From Verrucomicrobiia bacterium (lineage in GTDB: Bacteria; Verrucomicrobiota; Verrucomicrobiia; Limisphaerales; UBA1319), in assembly GCA_963664225.1 (NCBI GenBank), contig OY760937.1, positions 480,001-544,000 of the forward strand: a stretch of 64,000 nt of DNA. Reading direction: 5' to 3'. The first letter of the stretch is position 1. Each line of letters opens with the position of its first letter. Below, in pieces: positions 49,057-58,167 of this stretch. Under the pieces are notes generated by a model. That model made no database searches. It had not been told where the DNA came from and was given only the letters and a program-made list of their open reading frames with translations. Both the position numbers and the translations under genes were made by a program.

Positions 49057-50160
49057 TTATTTGAGTACCGGTTTTGAAGCGTCGAGCAGCGCTTGAACCA
49101 CCCGATTTCCAACCTTTTCCCATTGGTGGGTCTGGCTCAAGGTTTGGGCCATTGTGTCAAGACGATCACCTGAGAACTCCAGCGCCAGGCTCATCGCCCG
49201 TGTGAAAGATTCAAAGTCGCTGTTGGAAAATGGGGATCCCATGCCCAGCATCGCTTCCCGTGTGGCCGGTATGTCAGAGTAAACAGGACAGGTGCCATTC
49301 AAGGCGGCTTCGACCGGGGGCATTCCAAAACCTTCATACTCAGTATAATAAACAAGCACCCGGGCCTCAGCGACCAATTGGCGAAACTGTTCCTCGGGCA
49401 GTCGGGGATGATGATGCCAGTCTGCGCGTTGATCGAGGCAAACACCTTCGGGCAGGCTACCAATCCAGTCAATCTCACCTTGATAACCCGTCACTTCGGA
49501 CCAGCGGCGGATAAAATCGATCACCGCAGCGGAGTTTTTATGCGGCCAGCGTGAAATAAGAACGACCATCCGCTCGCGCTTTTGTGCGGCGTCGCCATCG
49601 GCCTGGTTGAATCCAATGCCCACGGCACGGACATTGGGTTGAGGCAGATTCAATTCCCTGGCCTTTCGCAGCACTTCCTTGCGCGTGAATTCGCTGTTGG
49701 TGACAATCAAACTTGCCTTACGAAGAACGGCACGAAAGGATCGCTCGAAGTATTGGGACTCGAGATGGGAAGCCATCTTCCACCCGCGTTGCCGGTAATA
49801 GTCGAAGATTGTATCATGGACATAGACAGCCAATTGGCAGGGCGGGGGAGAGAGAAACGATGCAAAGCCTTTTGGCAAAAAAAGCCAATCTGCGTTGGAC
49901 GCTTTTGCGGCACGATAGACACCGATTTGATCCCATAGGAGGCGTTGAAACTTGCCGCGATTGGCCTTGTTATGGAGAGAGATGCGGGCTTTTCCCAAAG
50001 GGACGGGCAGCTCGGCATTGGACAAAAGCGTTACAGGGCTGATGTCTTGGGACTGGGCCAGGTGCTGGGCCAGGTGGAGGGAAACGTTTAAAATGCCCAG
50101 CGACTTTGTTTTTGCAAAGCTTTGGTCTGCAATAGAATAAACAAGTGAAAGTGGTGGCAT
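49057..50160 (-). CDS. Glycosyltransferase family 4
   Basis: VHD, TNSEFT, HKN, YEGFGMPPVEA..G.P..SDIP; start set at ATG 50160. Confidence 0.86.
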   Translation of the reverse strand: MPPLSLVYSIADQSFAKTKSLGILNVSLHLAQHLAQSQDISPVTLLSNAELPVPLGKARISLHNKANRGKFQRLLWDQIGVYRAAKASNADWLFLPKGFASFLSPPPCQLAVYVHDTIFDYYRQRGWKMASHLESQYFERSFRAVLRKASLIVTNSEFTRKEVLRKARELNLPQPNVRAVGIGFNQADGDAAQKRERMVVLISRWPHKNSAAVIDFIRRWSEVTGYQGEIDWIGSLPEGVCLDQRADWHHHPRLPEEQFRQLVAEARVLVYYTEYEGFGMPPVEAALNGTCPVYSDIPATREAMLGMGSPFSNSDFESFTRAMSLALEFSGDRLDTMAQTLSQTHQWEKVGNRVVQALLDASKPVLK

Positions 50161-50413
50161 TATGGCGCGAGTACCGGTCTTTCGCGATGAACGTGCCGCG
50201 CGCCAGACATTGTCGAAATGAGTTGGCAGGGAGGTTTCATTTGTGGCGCGATGGTGCCTGTCAGACAAAAAATGGGCAATATGGAAAAAAGCGAAAAAGG
50301 AGGCTTGCCAATGGAAGGGGCAAACCCTAATCTAGCCAGCCTTTTGAAACCGGTTTTACAATGCGGTGGACTTCGAAATAACTTCGGAGCACCGCGCTTG
50401 AGATAAAGAAAAT

Positions 50414-50662
50414 ATGGTAAGAATTCGCTTGAAGCGGATCGGGACGACAAATCAGCCCGCATTCCGAGTGGTGGTGGCCGACAACCGCAGTCCGCGGGAT
50501 GGCAAGTTTATTGAGGAAATTGGCACCTATCTGCCCCTCAAGAAGGGTGATAATGTCACCTTGAAGATGGAGCGCGTGGATTATTGGCTCAAGAATGGAG
50601 CCCAGGCCAGCGATACCGTCGCCAGCTTCATTAACAATGCCAAGCGTGCGGTAAAGGCCTGA
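50414..50662 (+). CDS. rpsP: 30S ribosomal protein S16
   Basis: MVRIRLKR.G..P.FRVVVAD.RSPRDGKFIE..YWL..GAQ.SDTV. Confidence 0.97.
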   Translation: MVRIRLKRIGTTNQPAFRVVVADNRSPRDGKFIEEIGTYLPLKKGDNVTLKMERVDYWLKNGAQASDTVASFINNAKRAVKA

Positions 50663-50678
50663 TTAACTTTCGGGGCCT

Positions 50679-50930
50679 ATGGAAGAATTTCTGGAGTACG
50701 TGGTCAAAGGCCTGGTTGAAAGACCGGAGGCGGTGACCGTGACCCCGGTGGATCGCAATGGTTTGACTGTGTATCAGTTGCGTGTTGATGCGCAAGATGT
50801 GGCCCGGGTGATAGGACGGCAGGGCACGACGATCAACGCGATTCGTTCCCTGTTATTGGTTGGGAGCGCCAGGAAGGGTTTGCGATGCGTTGTGGAAATT
50901 GTTGAAGACGACCCGCAACCACGGTTTTGA
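50679..50930 (+). CDS. khpA: KH-domain RNA-binding protein
   Basis: LVERPEAV, D.ARVIGRQG.TINAIR; usual position after rpsP. Confidence 0.88.
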   Translation: MEEFLEYVVKGLVERPEAVTVTPVDRNGLTVYQLRVDAQDVARVIGRQGTTINAIRSLLLVGSARKGLRCVVEIVEDDPQPRF

Positions 50931-51005
50931 TGCAATCATTCGCGCTGTGCCACTGATGAGGATGGCGCTTTTGATGTTTATCTGTTAATGGATGGCGGTA
51001 CGCGG

Positions 51006-51707
51006 ATGAAAATCGACATCCTGACTTTGTTCCCCGGAATGTTTGCCGGGCCGTTGGATGAAAGTATCATCAAGCGCGCCAGGGATACGGGGTTGTTGGA
51101 ATTGGGTATTCATAATCTGAGGGATTATACCCATGACCGCCATAAAACGGTCGATGACCGTCCGTTTGGCGGAGGGCCTGGGATGTTGCTCAAGCCCGAA
51201 CCGATCTTTGAAGCGGTTGAACATCTCGCAAAGCCGGGGACACGCGTCATATTGATGACGCCGTCCGGCCGGGTGTTTAACCAGGCTGCGGCCAGGGAAT
51301 TGGCGCAGCGAGAGCATTTACTGCTGATATGCGGCAGTTATGAAGGTGTGGACGAACGTGTGCGCGAGGCTCTGGTGCATGAAGAATATTCAATCGGAGA
51401 CTATGTGCTCACGAATGGCGCGCTTCCGGCCATGGTGATTGTGGATGTGGTGGTTCGTTTGTTGCCAGGCGTTTTGGGAGATGATGAGAGCTCGCATGAG
51501 GAATCATTCAGCTCGAATTTGCTCGAATATGCCCAATACACGCGGCCAGCGGAATTTCGAGGGTTAAAGGTCCCCGAAAAGTTGCTGTCCGGGCATCATG
51601 CGGAGATTGCCAAGTGGCGAAGCGAACAGGCGCGGTTGCGCACGTTGGCCCGCCGACCAGAATTGTTGAAGAACGACGCCGGGGACCCGGCAAAAAAAGA
51701 AGAATAA
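51006..51707 (+). CDS. trmD: tRNA (guanine-N1)-methyltransferase
   Basis: [35 protein letters not shown]. Confidence 0.97.
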   Translation: MKIDILTLFPGMFAGPLDESIIKRARDTGLLELGIHNLRDYTHDRHKTVDDRPFGGGPGMLLKPEPIFEAVEHLAKPGTRVILMTPSGRVFNQAAARELAQREHLLLICGSYEGVDERVREALVHEEYSIGDYVLTNGALPAMVIVDVVVRLLPGVLGDDESSHEESFSSNLLEYAQYTRPAEFRGLKVPEKLLSGHHAEIAKWRSEQARLRTLARRPELLKNDAGDPAKKEE

Positions 51708-51710
51708 TTT

Positions 51711-52220
51711 ATGAGCCAAGCATTGTTTGACAAAATTGAATCAGAACATTTTCGCAAAGAGCCGCTGAAATTTGCGGTGGGCGACGCCGTGCGCGTTCAT
51801 ACGAAGGTCGTTGAAGGCGACAAGGAACGTATCCAGGTTTTTTCCGGCCTGGTCATCGGCCGTCGCGGTCGGGGTCTCAATGAAACTTTCACCGTGCGTC
51901 GCATCAGTTACGGCGAAGGGGTTGAGCGCATTTTTCCGGTCAATTCACCCCGGGTTGATAAGGTGGAAGTGGAACGCGCGGGTTCTGTGCGTCGCGCCAA
52001 GCTTTATTACCTGCGTGATCGCGTTGGTAAGAGCGCCACGACCGTGAAGGAGCGGAATACCCGCCTCACGCCGGCAACACCCGCTGAATTGGAAGCCAAA
52101 ACCGCAGCCAAAGCAGTGAAGACCGCAGCTAAAGCAGTGAAAACTGCCGCCAAGGCCGCGAGAACCACTGCCAAGGCGGAGAAGATCGCCGCCAAGTCAG
52201 AGAAGAAAGCTGCCAAGTAA
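51711..52220 (+). CDS. rplS: 50S ribosomal protein L19 with Ala/Lys-rich C-terminal extension
   Basis: [37 protein letters not shown]. Confidence 0.97.
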   Translation: MSQALFDKIESEHFRKEPLKFAVGDAVRVHTKVVEGDKERIQVFSGLVIGRRGRGLNETFTVRRISYGEGVERIFPVNSPRVDKVEVERAGSVRRAKLYYLRDRVGKSATTVKERNTRLTPATPAELEAKTAAKAVKTAAKAVKTAAKAARTTAKAEKIAAKSEKKAAK

Positions 52221-52283
52221 GCACGCCGCCGCGTGCGCACTGCGCGATACCGGTGAAAGTCGCGGCTTCTGTGCCGTGCCTGC

Positions 52284-52961
52284 TTGTCTTGTCTTGTGAG
52301 CCGGGACTCCGCCATCGACCGTTTTGAATTTGAGCGCGCCTTGATCGAACGCGGGATTGGGCGCGTGGCCGGAGTGGACGAAGCGGGTCGTGGCCCATTG
52401 GCCGGACCCGTAACAGCCGCCGCCGTTATTCTTCCCCAGGAATGGGTTATTTCAGGATTGCCGTCGCCGTTGACCGGTCTGAACGATTCCAAACAGCTTT
52501 CGCGCGCACAACGAGAGCGTTTCTTCGAGTTTCTTACCACTGAGAGCGAAGTCCTCTGGAATGTGCAAACCATTCCCGCCGAAATCATCGACGCAATCAA
52601 CATTCTCCAGGCCACGCATCGGGCGATGAATCAGGCTCTGGCCGCATTGAATCCAGCTCCTGAACATGCCTTGGTGGATGGACTGCCAGTCCGCTCGATG
52701 ACCGTGCTGCAGACCGCACTGGTCAAGGGGGATTCCCGCAGTTACTCGATTGCCGCAGCCAGTGTGCTGGCCAAAGTCATCCGGGATCGTCTGATGGCCG
52801 GTTTCGACCTCCAGTATCCCGGCTACGGCTTTGCCACACACAAGGGCTACGGCACGGCGAGCCACCTGGCGGCGATCACCCGGCTCGGGCCTTGCCCCAT
52901 ACACCGGCGGAGTTTTGCCCCGCTCAAGACGTCTCAATTGGATTTATTCCCGCAGCCATGA
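52284..52961 (+). CDS. rnhB: Ribonuclease HII
   Basis: GVDEAGRGPLAGPV, DSKQL, INIL.A, VDG, IAAAS.LAKV.RD, HKGYGT, HRRSF. Confidence 0.96.
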   Translation: MSCLVSRDSAIDRFEFERALIERGIGRVAGVDEAGRGPLAGPVTAAAVILPQEWVISGLPSPLTGLNDSKQLSRAQRERFFEFLTTESEVLWNVQTIPAEIIDAINILQATHRAMNQALAALNPAPEHALVDGLPVRSMTVLQTALVKGDSRSYSIAAASVLAKVIRDRLMAGFDLQYPGYGFATHKGYGTASHLAAITRLGPCPIHRRSFAPLKTSQLDLFPQP

Positions 52962-53392
52962 GAGAGCTTTGGCAACGCCTGGCCGTTTGGTGGAGTGGCC
53001 ACGAGGCCTTGCCCCAAAATCTCGCTCATGGGCGCTCAGGGGAACAGGCCGCCAAACGTCATCTTCAAAAACTCGGGCTGAAATATTTGACGGCTAATTT
53101 CCGTGGGAAACGCGGCGAGATCGATCTGGTTTTTCGCGATGGAGATTGCCTGGTTTTCGTGGAGGTGAAAGCCCGCTCCAAAGACAGTTGGACGCGACCT
53201 GCCGCCGCGGTGAACAAGAGAAAGCGAATGCGGTTGACGCACACAGCATTCGACTATTTGCGCCTGTTGGATTCTCCCCCCGTGAAGGTGCGGTTTGATG
53301 TGGTGGAGGTGGTGCTCCAAGGGGACGCCGTGGATGAGGTGCGCCACCTGCCGAACGCGTTTCCGATGAGCGCGCCTTTTCGGTATGGCTGA
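52958..53392 (+). CDS. YraN/UPF0102 family protein
   Basis: G..GE..A, GEIDLV, VFVEVK.R, RFDVV. Confidence 0.92.
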   Translation: MRELWQRLAVWWSGHEALPQNLAHGRSGEQAAKRHLQKLGLKYLTANFRGKRGEIDLVFRDGDCLVFVEVKARSKDSWTRPAAAVNKRKRMRLTHTAFDYLRLLDSPPVKVRFDVVEVVLQGDAVDEVRHLPNAFPMSAPFRYG

Positions 53393-53666
53393 TCCGGTGA
53401 TTCTGACGATTTCTTAAGTGTGGCAGGTAACAGAATTATCGATCAAGAATCGATGCAATGAACAGGACCAGCGAGGCGATTGAAAACGGGTGCAGCGATG
53501 ATGCAAAAACATCCGATGTATTCGTCCTTCGGAGTTTTGTCCCGCATGCATAAATCCTTCAATTGAAGCCATTGTCACGGGCTGGGTTTTGTGTCATAGT
53601 CCGTTCATTGCCTTGGTGGATTTACCACCTCAAGTTGCAGTGTTGTTTGCGATAGCTTGTGACGAA

Positions 53667-56600
53667 ATGAATCCACATTCAACTATAGTGCGCCAGAAGA
53701 TTGCGGGCCATGAAACGATCGATTCCATAAGCAGGGATGGCAGCGCACGCTTTATTGGCATCGATGTGGGGGCCGAAACCATCAAGGTGGTGGAGTTGGT
53801 CCGTCAAGGATCTGAACTGCATTGCGTTCGCAGGCAACGGATTGAGCATGGCAAGGAACCGGGTCCGGTACTTCTGGAACTATTGAAACAGTGGAACTGG
53901 TCCACCGTCGCCGGAGCGGCCATCACCGGCCGGTTGAGCCAGCAAGCGCGACTGCCCCAGGTTCCCATCAAGCAAGCCCAAACGCGGGGTTTTCGATTTC
54001 AATATGACGATGAGCCGGCGACGGTGGTTTCCATAGGAAGTCATGGTTATTCCGTGCTCGAATTACGTTCCAGTGGGATGGAGGTGTTCCGGGAGAATAA
54101 TCGTTGCAGCCAGGGCACGGGCAATTTTTTGCGGCAGTTGGTCGGGCGTTTTTCATTGTCGGTGGGTGAAGCGAGTGAATTATGCGCCGATGTTGAAAAA
54201 TCGGCCTCCCTGTCAGGACGATGTCCGGTGATTCTCAAAACGGACATGACGCATCTGGCCAATAAGGGCGAGGACCGGGCGGCGATATTGGCGGGACTGT
54301 TCGATGCGATCAGCAAGAATGTGATGGTGCTGATCAAACCGGACATGAGCCCGAAACGCGTGGTGTTGATCGGCGGTGTGAGCCAGTCGCGTCGCATTCA
54401 AAAAGTGTTTCGGGAGTCGTTTGAGGCTCTCGGGATGTCCCTGGATCCAAATCACTCGGAAGATGCCTTGTTTTTGGAAGCGCTGGGTAGCGCAATGGTG
54501 GCTTCGGAAACGAGCGGGGCACCCCCCGCTTTGGAAGCGCTGCTGGCTCCGCCCCGGAAGAATACCCTGGAAGTGCTCCCCGCCCTGGGAGAATTTCTAC
54601 CTCTGGTGCACCGGCTCAAGGCCGTTCCCATGGTTGATGTGAAGGGGGAATCCCGCCGACTGCTGCTGGGGCTGGACATTGGATCCACGGGGTCCAAGGC
54701 GGTGGCCATCGATGCCGCCACCAAGGCTCCGGTGTGGGAAGGATACCGGCAAACGAGCGGGGCTCCCGTCGAGGCGGCCCAGGCTTTGATCCAGCAATTC
54801 AGCGAGTGTACAGCGGGGCATTGCCCGGTGGTGGGATTTGGAGTCACGGGCAGCGGACGGGAAATTGTGGGATCGCTCCTGACGACGTGCTACGGGAAGG
54901 AAACGGTTTTCGTCCTGAACGAAATCGCCGCGCATGCCGAGGGGGCTCTGCATTTCGATCCGGCGGTGGATACGATTTTCGAGATTGGGGGTCAGGACGC
55001 CAAATACATCCGGCTGGCTGAAGGCCGCGTGGTGGATTGCGCGATGAACGAGGCATGCAGCGCAGGCACCGGTTCATTCATCGAGGAACAAGGCGGGAAA
55101 TTCTTAGGAATTCGCAACGTGATTCACCTGGGGGAGGAGGCGCTGGCGGCACGTACGGGGGTGTCTTTGGGACAGCATTGTTCGGTGTTCATGGCGGAAG
55201 TCATCGCCGAAGCCGTTGCGGCGGGAGTGAAACAACCATCGATCATCGCCGGTTTATACGATTCCATTGTTCAGAACTACCTCAATCGTGTCAAAGGCAG
55301 CCGGTCCGTGGGCCAGGTTATTTTTTGCCAGGGAATGCCTTTTTCCTCCGATGCGCTGGCGGCCGCGGTGGCGCGTCAGACCGGCAGCCGGGTGGTGATT
55401 CCGCCCAATCCCGGAACAGTGGGCGCGCTGGGAATTGCCCTGCTTGCCAGCAAGGAACTTGCAACTGGAGAATTAAAGCCGCTCGATGCCAGCCGGTTTC
55501 TAAATGCGCGCATCAAGGGAAAGGACACCTTTGTATGCGCCTCAAAAACGGGGTGCGGCGGGGCGGGCAATCATTGCCGGATAGACCGTTTGCAGACCCT
55601 GGTCGATGGACAATCGCAGCGGTTTACCTGGGGTGGCGGATGTGCGCTATACGATAAAGGGACGCGCAAACGCAAACTTCCCAACCTGGCGCCCGATCCA
55701 TTTCGCGAGCGCGACGAATTGGTGCAATCCCTGGCGGACTCATTGACACGGATCGATGGGCGGTCTGCGATTGCAATGGCGGACGAGTTCATGCTGAAGG
55801 GACTGTTCCCGTTCTTTGCCCGGTTTTTCAACGCTTTGGGGTTTAATGTGGAGTGTCATCTCAAGGCCGATCAGGCTGCTTTAAAGCGCGGTGTGCAGAA
55901 GGCCAATGTGCCTTATTGCGCCCCCATGCAGTTGTTTCACGGACTGGCCGGCCAGATGGCGGATTCAAAGGCGGAATGGCTGTTTATTCCCATGCTTCGT
56001 GAGATGGCGCGTAGTGCGGGCGAGGATATGTCCAAAACGTGTCCCCTGGCCCAGGCTGCTCCTGACATTCTACGGCTGGATTACGGCGATGCCGTTGCGC
56101 GTCGAATCCTGTCTCCAGTGGTGGATTGTGGTGAAGGAAATCTTGACGCGGAGGTGTTCAAGAAATGCTGCCGCGAGCTTGCGATTCAGCTTTGCGGAAG
56201 CGGCGCGGATTGGGCTGCGGCATTCGACGTGGCGCACAAGACGCAATCTGATTTCGATGCCCGATGTTTGGATCTGGGACGCAGGGCATTGGATTTTTGT
56301 CGTGAGCATAACATTCCACCGGTTGTGGTTATCGGGCGGCCTTACACGATTTACAACACGGTGCTCAATTCAAACGTCCCTTCCATTTTGCGGGAACAAG
56401 GGGCCATAGGAATACCAATCGACTGTTTTGAAGTGCGGGACGATTCCCCTGTGTTTGGCATGATGTTTTGGGGCCATGGGCAGCGCATCATGCGCACGGC
56501 GCACGATGTGCGACGAATGTCCGGTGTTTACAGCGTTTATTGCAGCAATTACTCCTGCGGGCCGGATAGTTTCATACTGCATTTTTACTCGCACATCATG

Positions 56601-58016
56601 GAAGGCAAGCCGTTCGCCATCATTGAAACGGACGGCCATTCCGGGGATGCGGGAACCAAGACGCGCGTGGAAGCGTTCCTGCACTGTGTGCAGCAGGACC
56701 GGTGCGTGGCGCGGAATGGGGTTGGCGCGAACGATTTTCTGAAGCTTGAACTTAAGCCGATGACTCTCAAGGACGCGGCTTCAGGCGGTCGCACGCTTTT
56801 GATCCCAATGATGGGGCCGGGCGCCCGTGCGATTGAGGCCTGTTTCAAAGGGATCGGGATGAGTGCTGAAACACTGCCTGTCCCGGATCGGGATTGTTTG
56901 AGACTGGGACGGCGTCTTACCTCGGGCAAGGAGTGTCTGCCGATGTGCACCACACTGGGGAGTCTCCTCAAACGAATGCAATCCGAACCAGACAAGACCC
57001 GGCGCTTCACGTATCTCATGCCACGGGCGCAGGGGCCGTGCCGGTTTGGAATTTATAATCTGCTCAATCAAATCGCCTTGGATCGAATTAAACTCAGGGA
57101 TCGGGTGCAGATTTGGTCGCCGGTGGAATCCGGTTATTTCGACGGATTGGAACCCAAGGTCGGTGTGGTGGTTTATTCAGGCTGGGTGGCATTGGATTTC
57201 TTGCTGGGCGGTCTTCTGCATTCACGGCCCGTGGAAAGCCAGCCGGGTGCGGCACAGGCCATCTATGACAAGTATTCCACCCAATTGCTTCAGCGGCTTG
57301 AAAGGGTAGTCGGGGAAAAAACATCCAAGACCAGGACCTTATGGGAAGTGGCGCGAGGGACATTGTTCGGAATTTCGCAATTGGCTGCCGAGGCGGCGCG
57401 GGATTTTGCAAAAATATGCACAACGGCTGACAAGCCGCTTGTGCTAATGGTGGGCGAGATTTACGTCCGATGCGACGATTTTTCTAATGACAACATCGTG
57501 CGCAAACTCGAGGAGCGCGGTTTGCGGGTGCGACTGGCGCCATTTAATGAATTCATGGAATATATCGATTTTTACAATCGAATTCAGTGTGGAAAGAATG
57601 GCTGGAGCGCCCAAATAAGCTCCTGGGTCCAGCGGCGGATTCAGGACGTGGTGTATGAAACCATGGCCGGACCTCTGGGATGGCCGCGTCGCACCCGGAT
57701 TGCGGATACGCTTGAGGCCGTGCGTCCTTATCTGCGCAGCCAACTGGCCGGGGAGGCGGTGTTGACGTTGGGCAATCCGTTGTACGAGTGGAAGCATGGA
57801 TTGATCGATGCGGTCATTAGCGTCGGTCCGCTGGAATGCATGCCCAATAAAATCGCGGAAGCCCAATTCTTCCACATGGCTGAGCGCGACGGACTGCTGA
57901 ATCTGACTTTGTCGATGAATGGGGATCCTCTGGATACGCAGAGTCTGGATAATTTCGCGTTTGAGGTGCGCATGCGCCATGAGCGCAAGGGACGGCCACT
58001 GCCAGCTCAGACCTGA
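53667..58016 (+). CDS. Fused 2-hydroxyacyl-CoA dehydratase activase (two HgdC/BcrAD-type ATPase domains plus DUF2229/dehydratase-like domains)
   Basis: GIDVGAET..RCSQGTG..GRCPV; GLDIGSTGSK..EIGGQDAK..MNEACSAGTGSF..HCSVF; NYSCGPDS, GKECLP, GPCRFG, ECMP; start uncertain. Confidence 0.9.
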   Translation: MNPHSTIVRQKIAGHETIDSISRDGSARFIGIDVGAETIKVVELVRQGSELHCVRRQRIEHGKEPGPVLLELLKQWNWSTVAGAAITGRLSQQARLPQVPIKQAQTRGFRFQYDDEPATVVSIGSHGYSVLELRSSGMEVFRENNRCSQGTGNFLRQLVGRFSLSVGEASELCADVEKSASLSGRCPVILKTDMTHLANKGEDRAAILAGLFDAISKNVMVLIKPDMSPKRVVLIGGVSQSRRIQKVFRESFEALGMSLDPNHSEDALFLEALGSAMVASETSGAPPALEALLAPPRKNTLEVLPALGEFLPLVHRLKAVPMVDVKGESRRLLLGLDIGSTGSKAVAIDAATKAPVWEGYRQTSGAPVEAAQALIQQFSECTAGHCPVVGFGVTGSGREIVGSLLTTCYGKETVFVLNEIAAHAEGALHFDPAVDTIFEIGGQDAKYIRLAEGRVVDCAMNEACSAGTGSFIEEQGGKFLGIRNVIHLGEEALAARTGVSLGQHCSVFMAEVIAEAVAAGVKQPSIIAGLYDSIVQNYLNRVKGSRSVGQVIFCQGMPFSSDALAAAVARQTGSRVVIPPNPGTVGALGIALLASKELATGELKPLDASRFLNARIKGKDTFVCASKTGCGGAGNHCRIDRLQTLVDGQSQRFTWGGGCALYDKGTRKRKLPNLAPDPFRERDELVQSLADSLTRIDGRSAIAMADEFMLKGLFPFFARFFNALGFNVECHLKADQAALKRGVQKANVPYCAPMQLFHGLAGQMADSKAEWLFIPMLREMARSAGEDMSKTCPLAQAAPDILRLDYGDAVARRILSPVVDCGEGNLDAEVFKKCCRELAIQLCGSGADWAAAFDVAHKTQSDFDARCLDLGRRALDFCREHNIPPVVVIGRPYTIYNTVLNSNVPSILREQGAIGIPIDCFEVRDDSPVFGMMFWGHGQRIMRTAHDVRRMSGVYSVYCSNYSCGPDSFILHFYSHIMEGKPFAIIETDGHSGDAGTKTRVEAFLHCVQQDRCVARNGVGANDFLKLELKPMTLKDAASGGRTLLIPMMGPGARAIEACFKGIGMSAETLPVPDRDCLRLGRRLTSGKECLPMCTTLGSLLKRMQSEPDKTRRFTYLMPRAQGPCRFGIYNLLNQIALDRIKLRDRVQIWSPVESGYFDGLEPKVGVVVYSGWVALDFLLGGLLHSRPVESQPGAAQAIYDKYSTQLLQRLERVVGEKTSKTRTLWEVARGTLFGISQLAAEAARDFAKICTTADKPLVLMVGEIYVRCDDFSNDNIVRKLEERGLRVRLAPFNEFMEYIDFYNRIQCGKNGWSAQISSWVQRRIQDVVYETMAGPLGWPRRTRIADTLEAVRPYLRSQLAGEAVLTLGNPLYEWKHGLIDAVISVGPLECMPNKIAEAQFFHMAERDGLLNLTLSMNGDPLDTQSLDNFAFEVRMRHERKGRPLPAQT

Positions 58017-58089
58017 TCGAAGTGCAAACCGGATGGAGGCATGTAAAGGGCGGTCTTTGTTTGGCTTTTCGCCTGCAAATTGAGCGATG

Positions 58090-58114
58090 AAAAAGGGGAG
58101 GTTTGAACCTCCCC
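58090..58114 (-). terminator. Intrinsic terminator
   Basis: ggggaggt-4 nt-acctcccc with a T5 tract on the minus strand, after the 58168 stop. Confidence 0.75.
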
Positions 58115-58167
58115 GTGTCTTAAACTCAGTGCAATGCATCCAGGCAATTTTCTGGACCACGCAAAGT

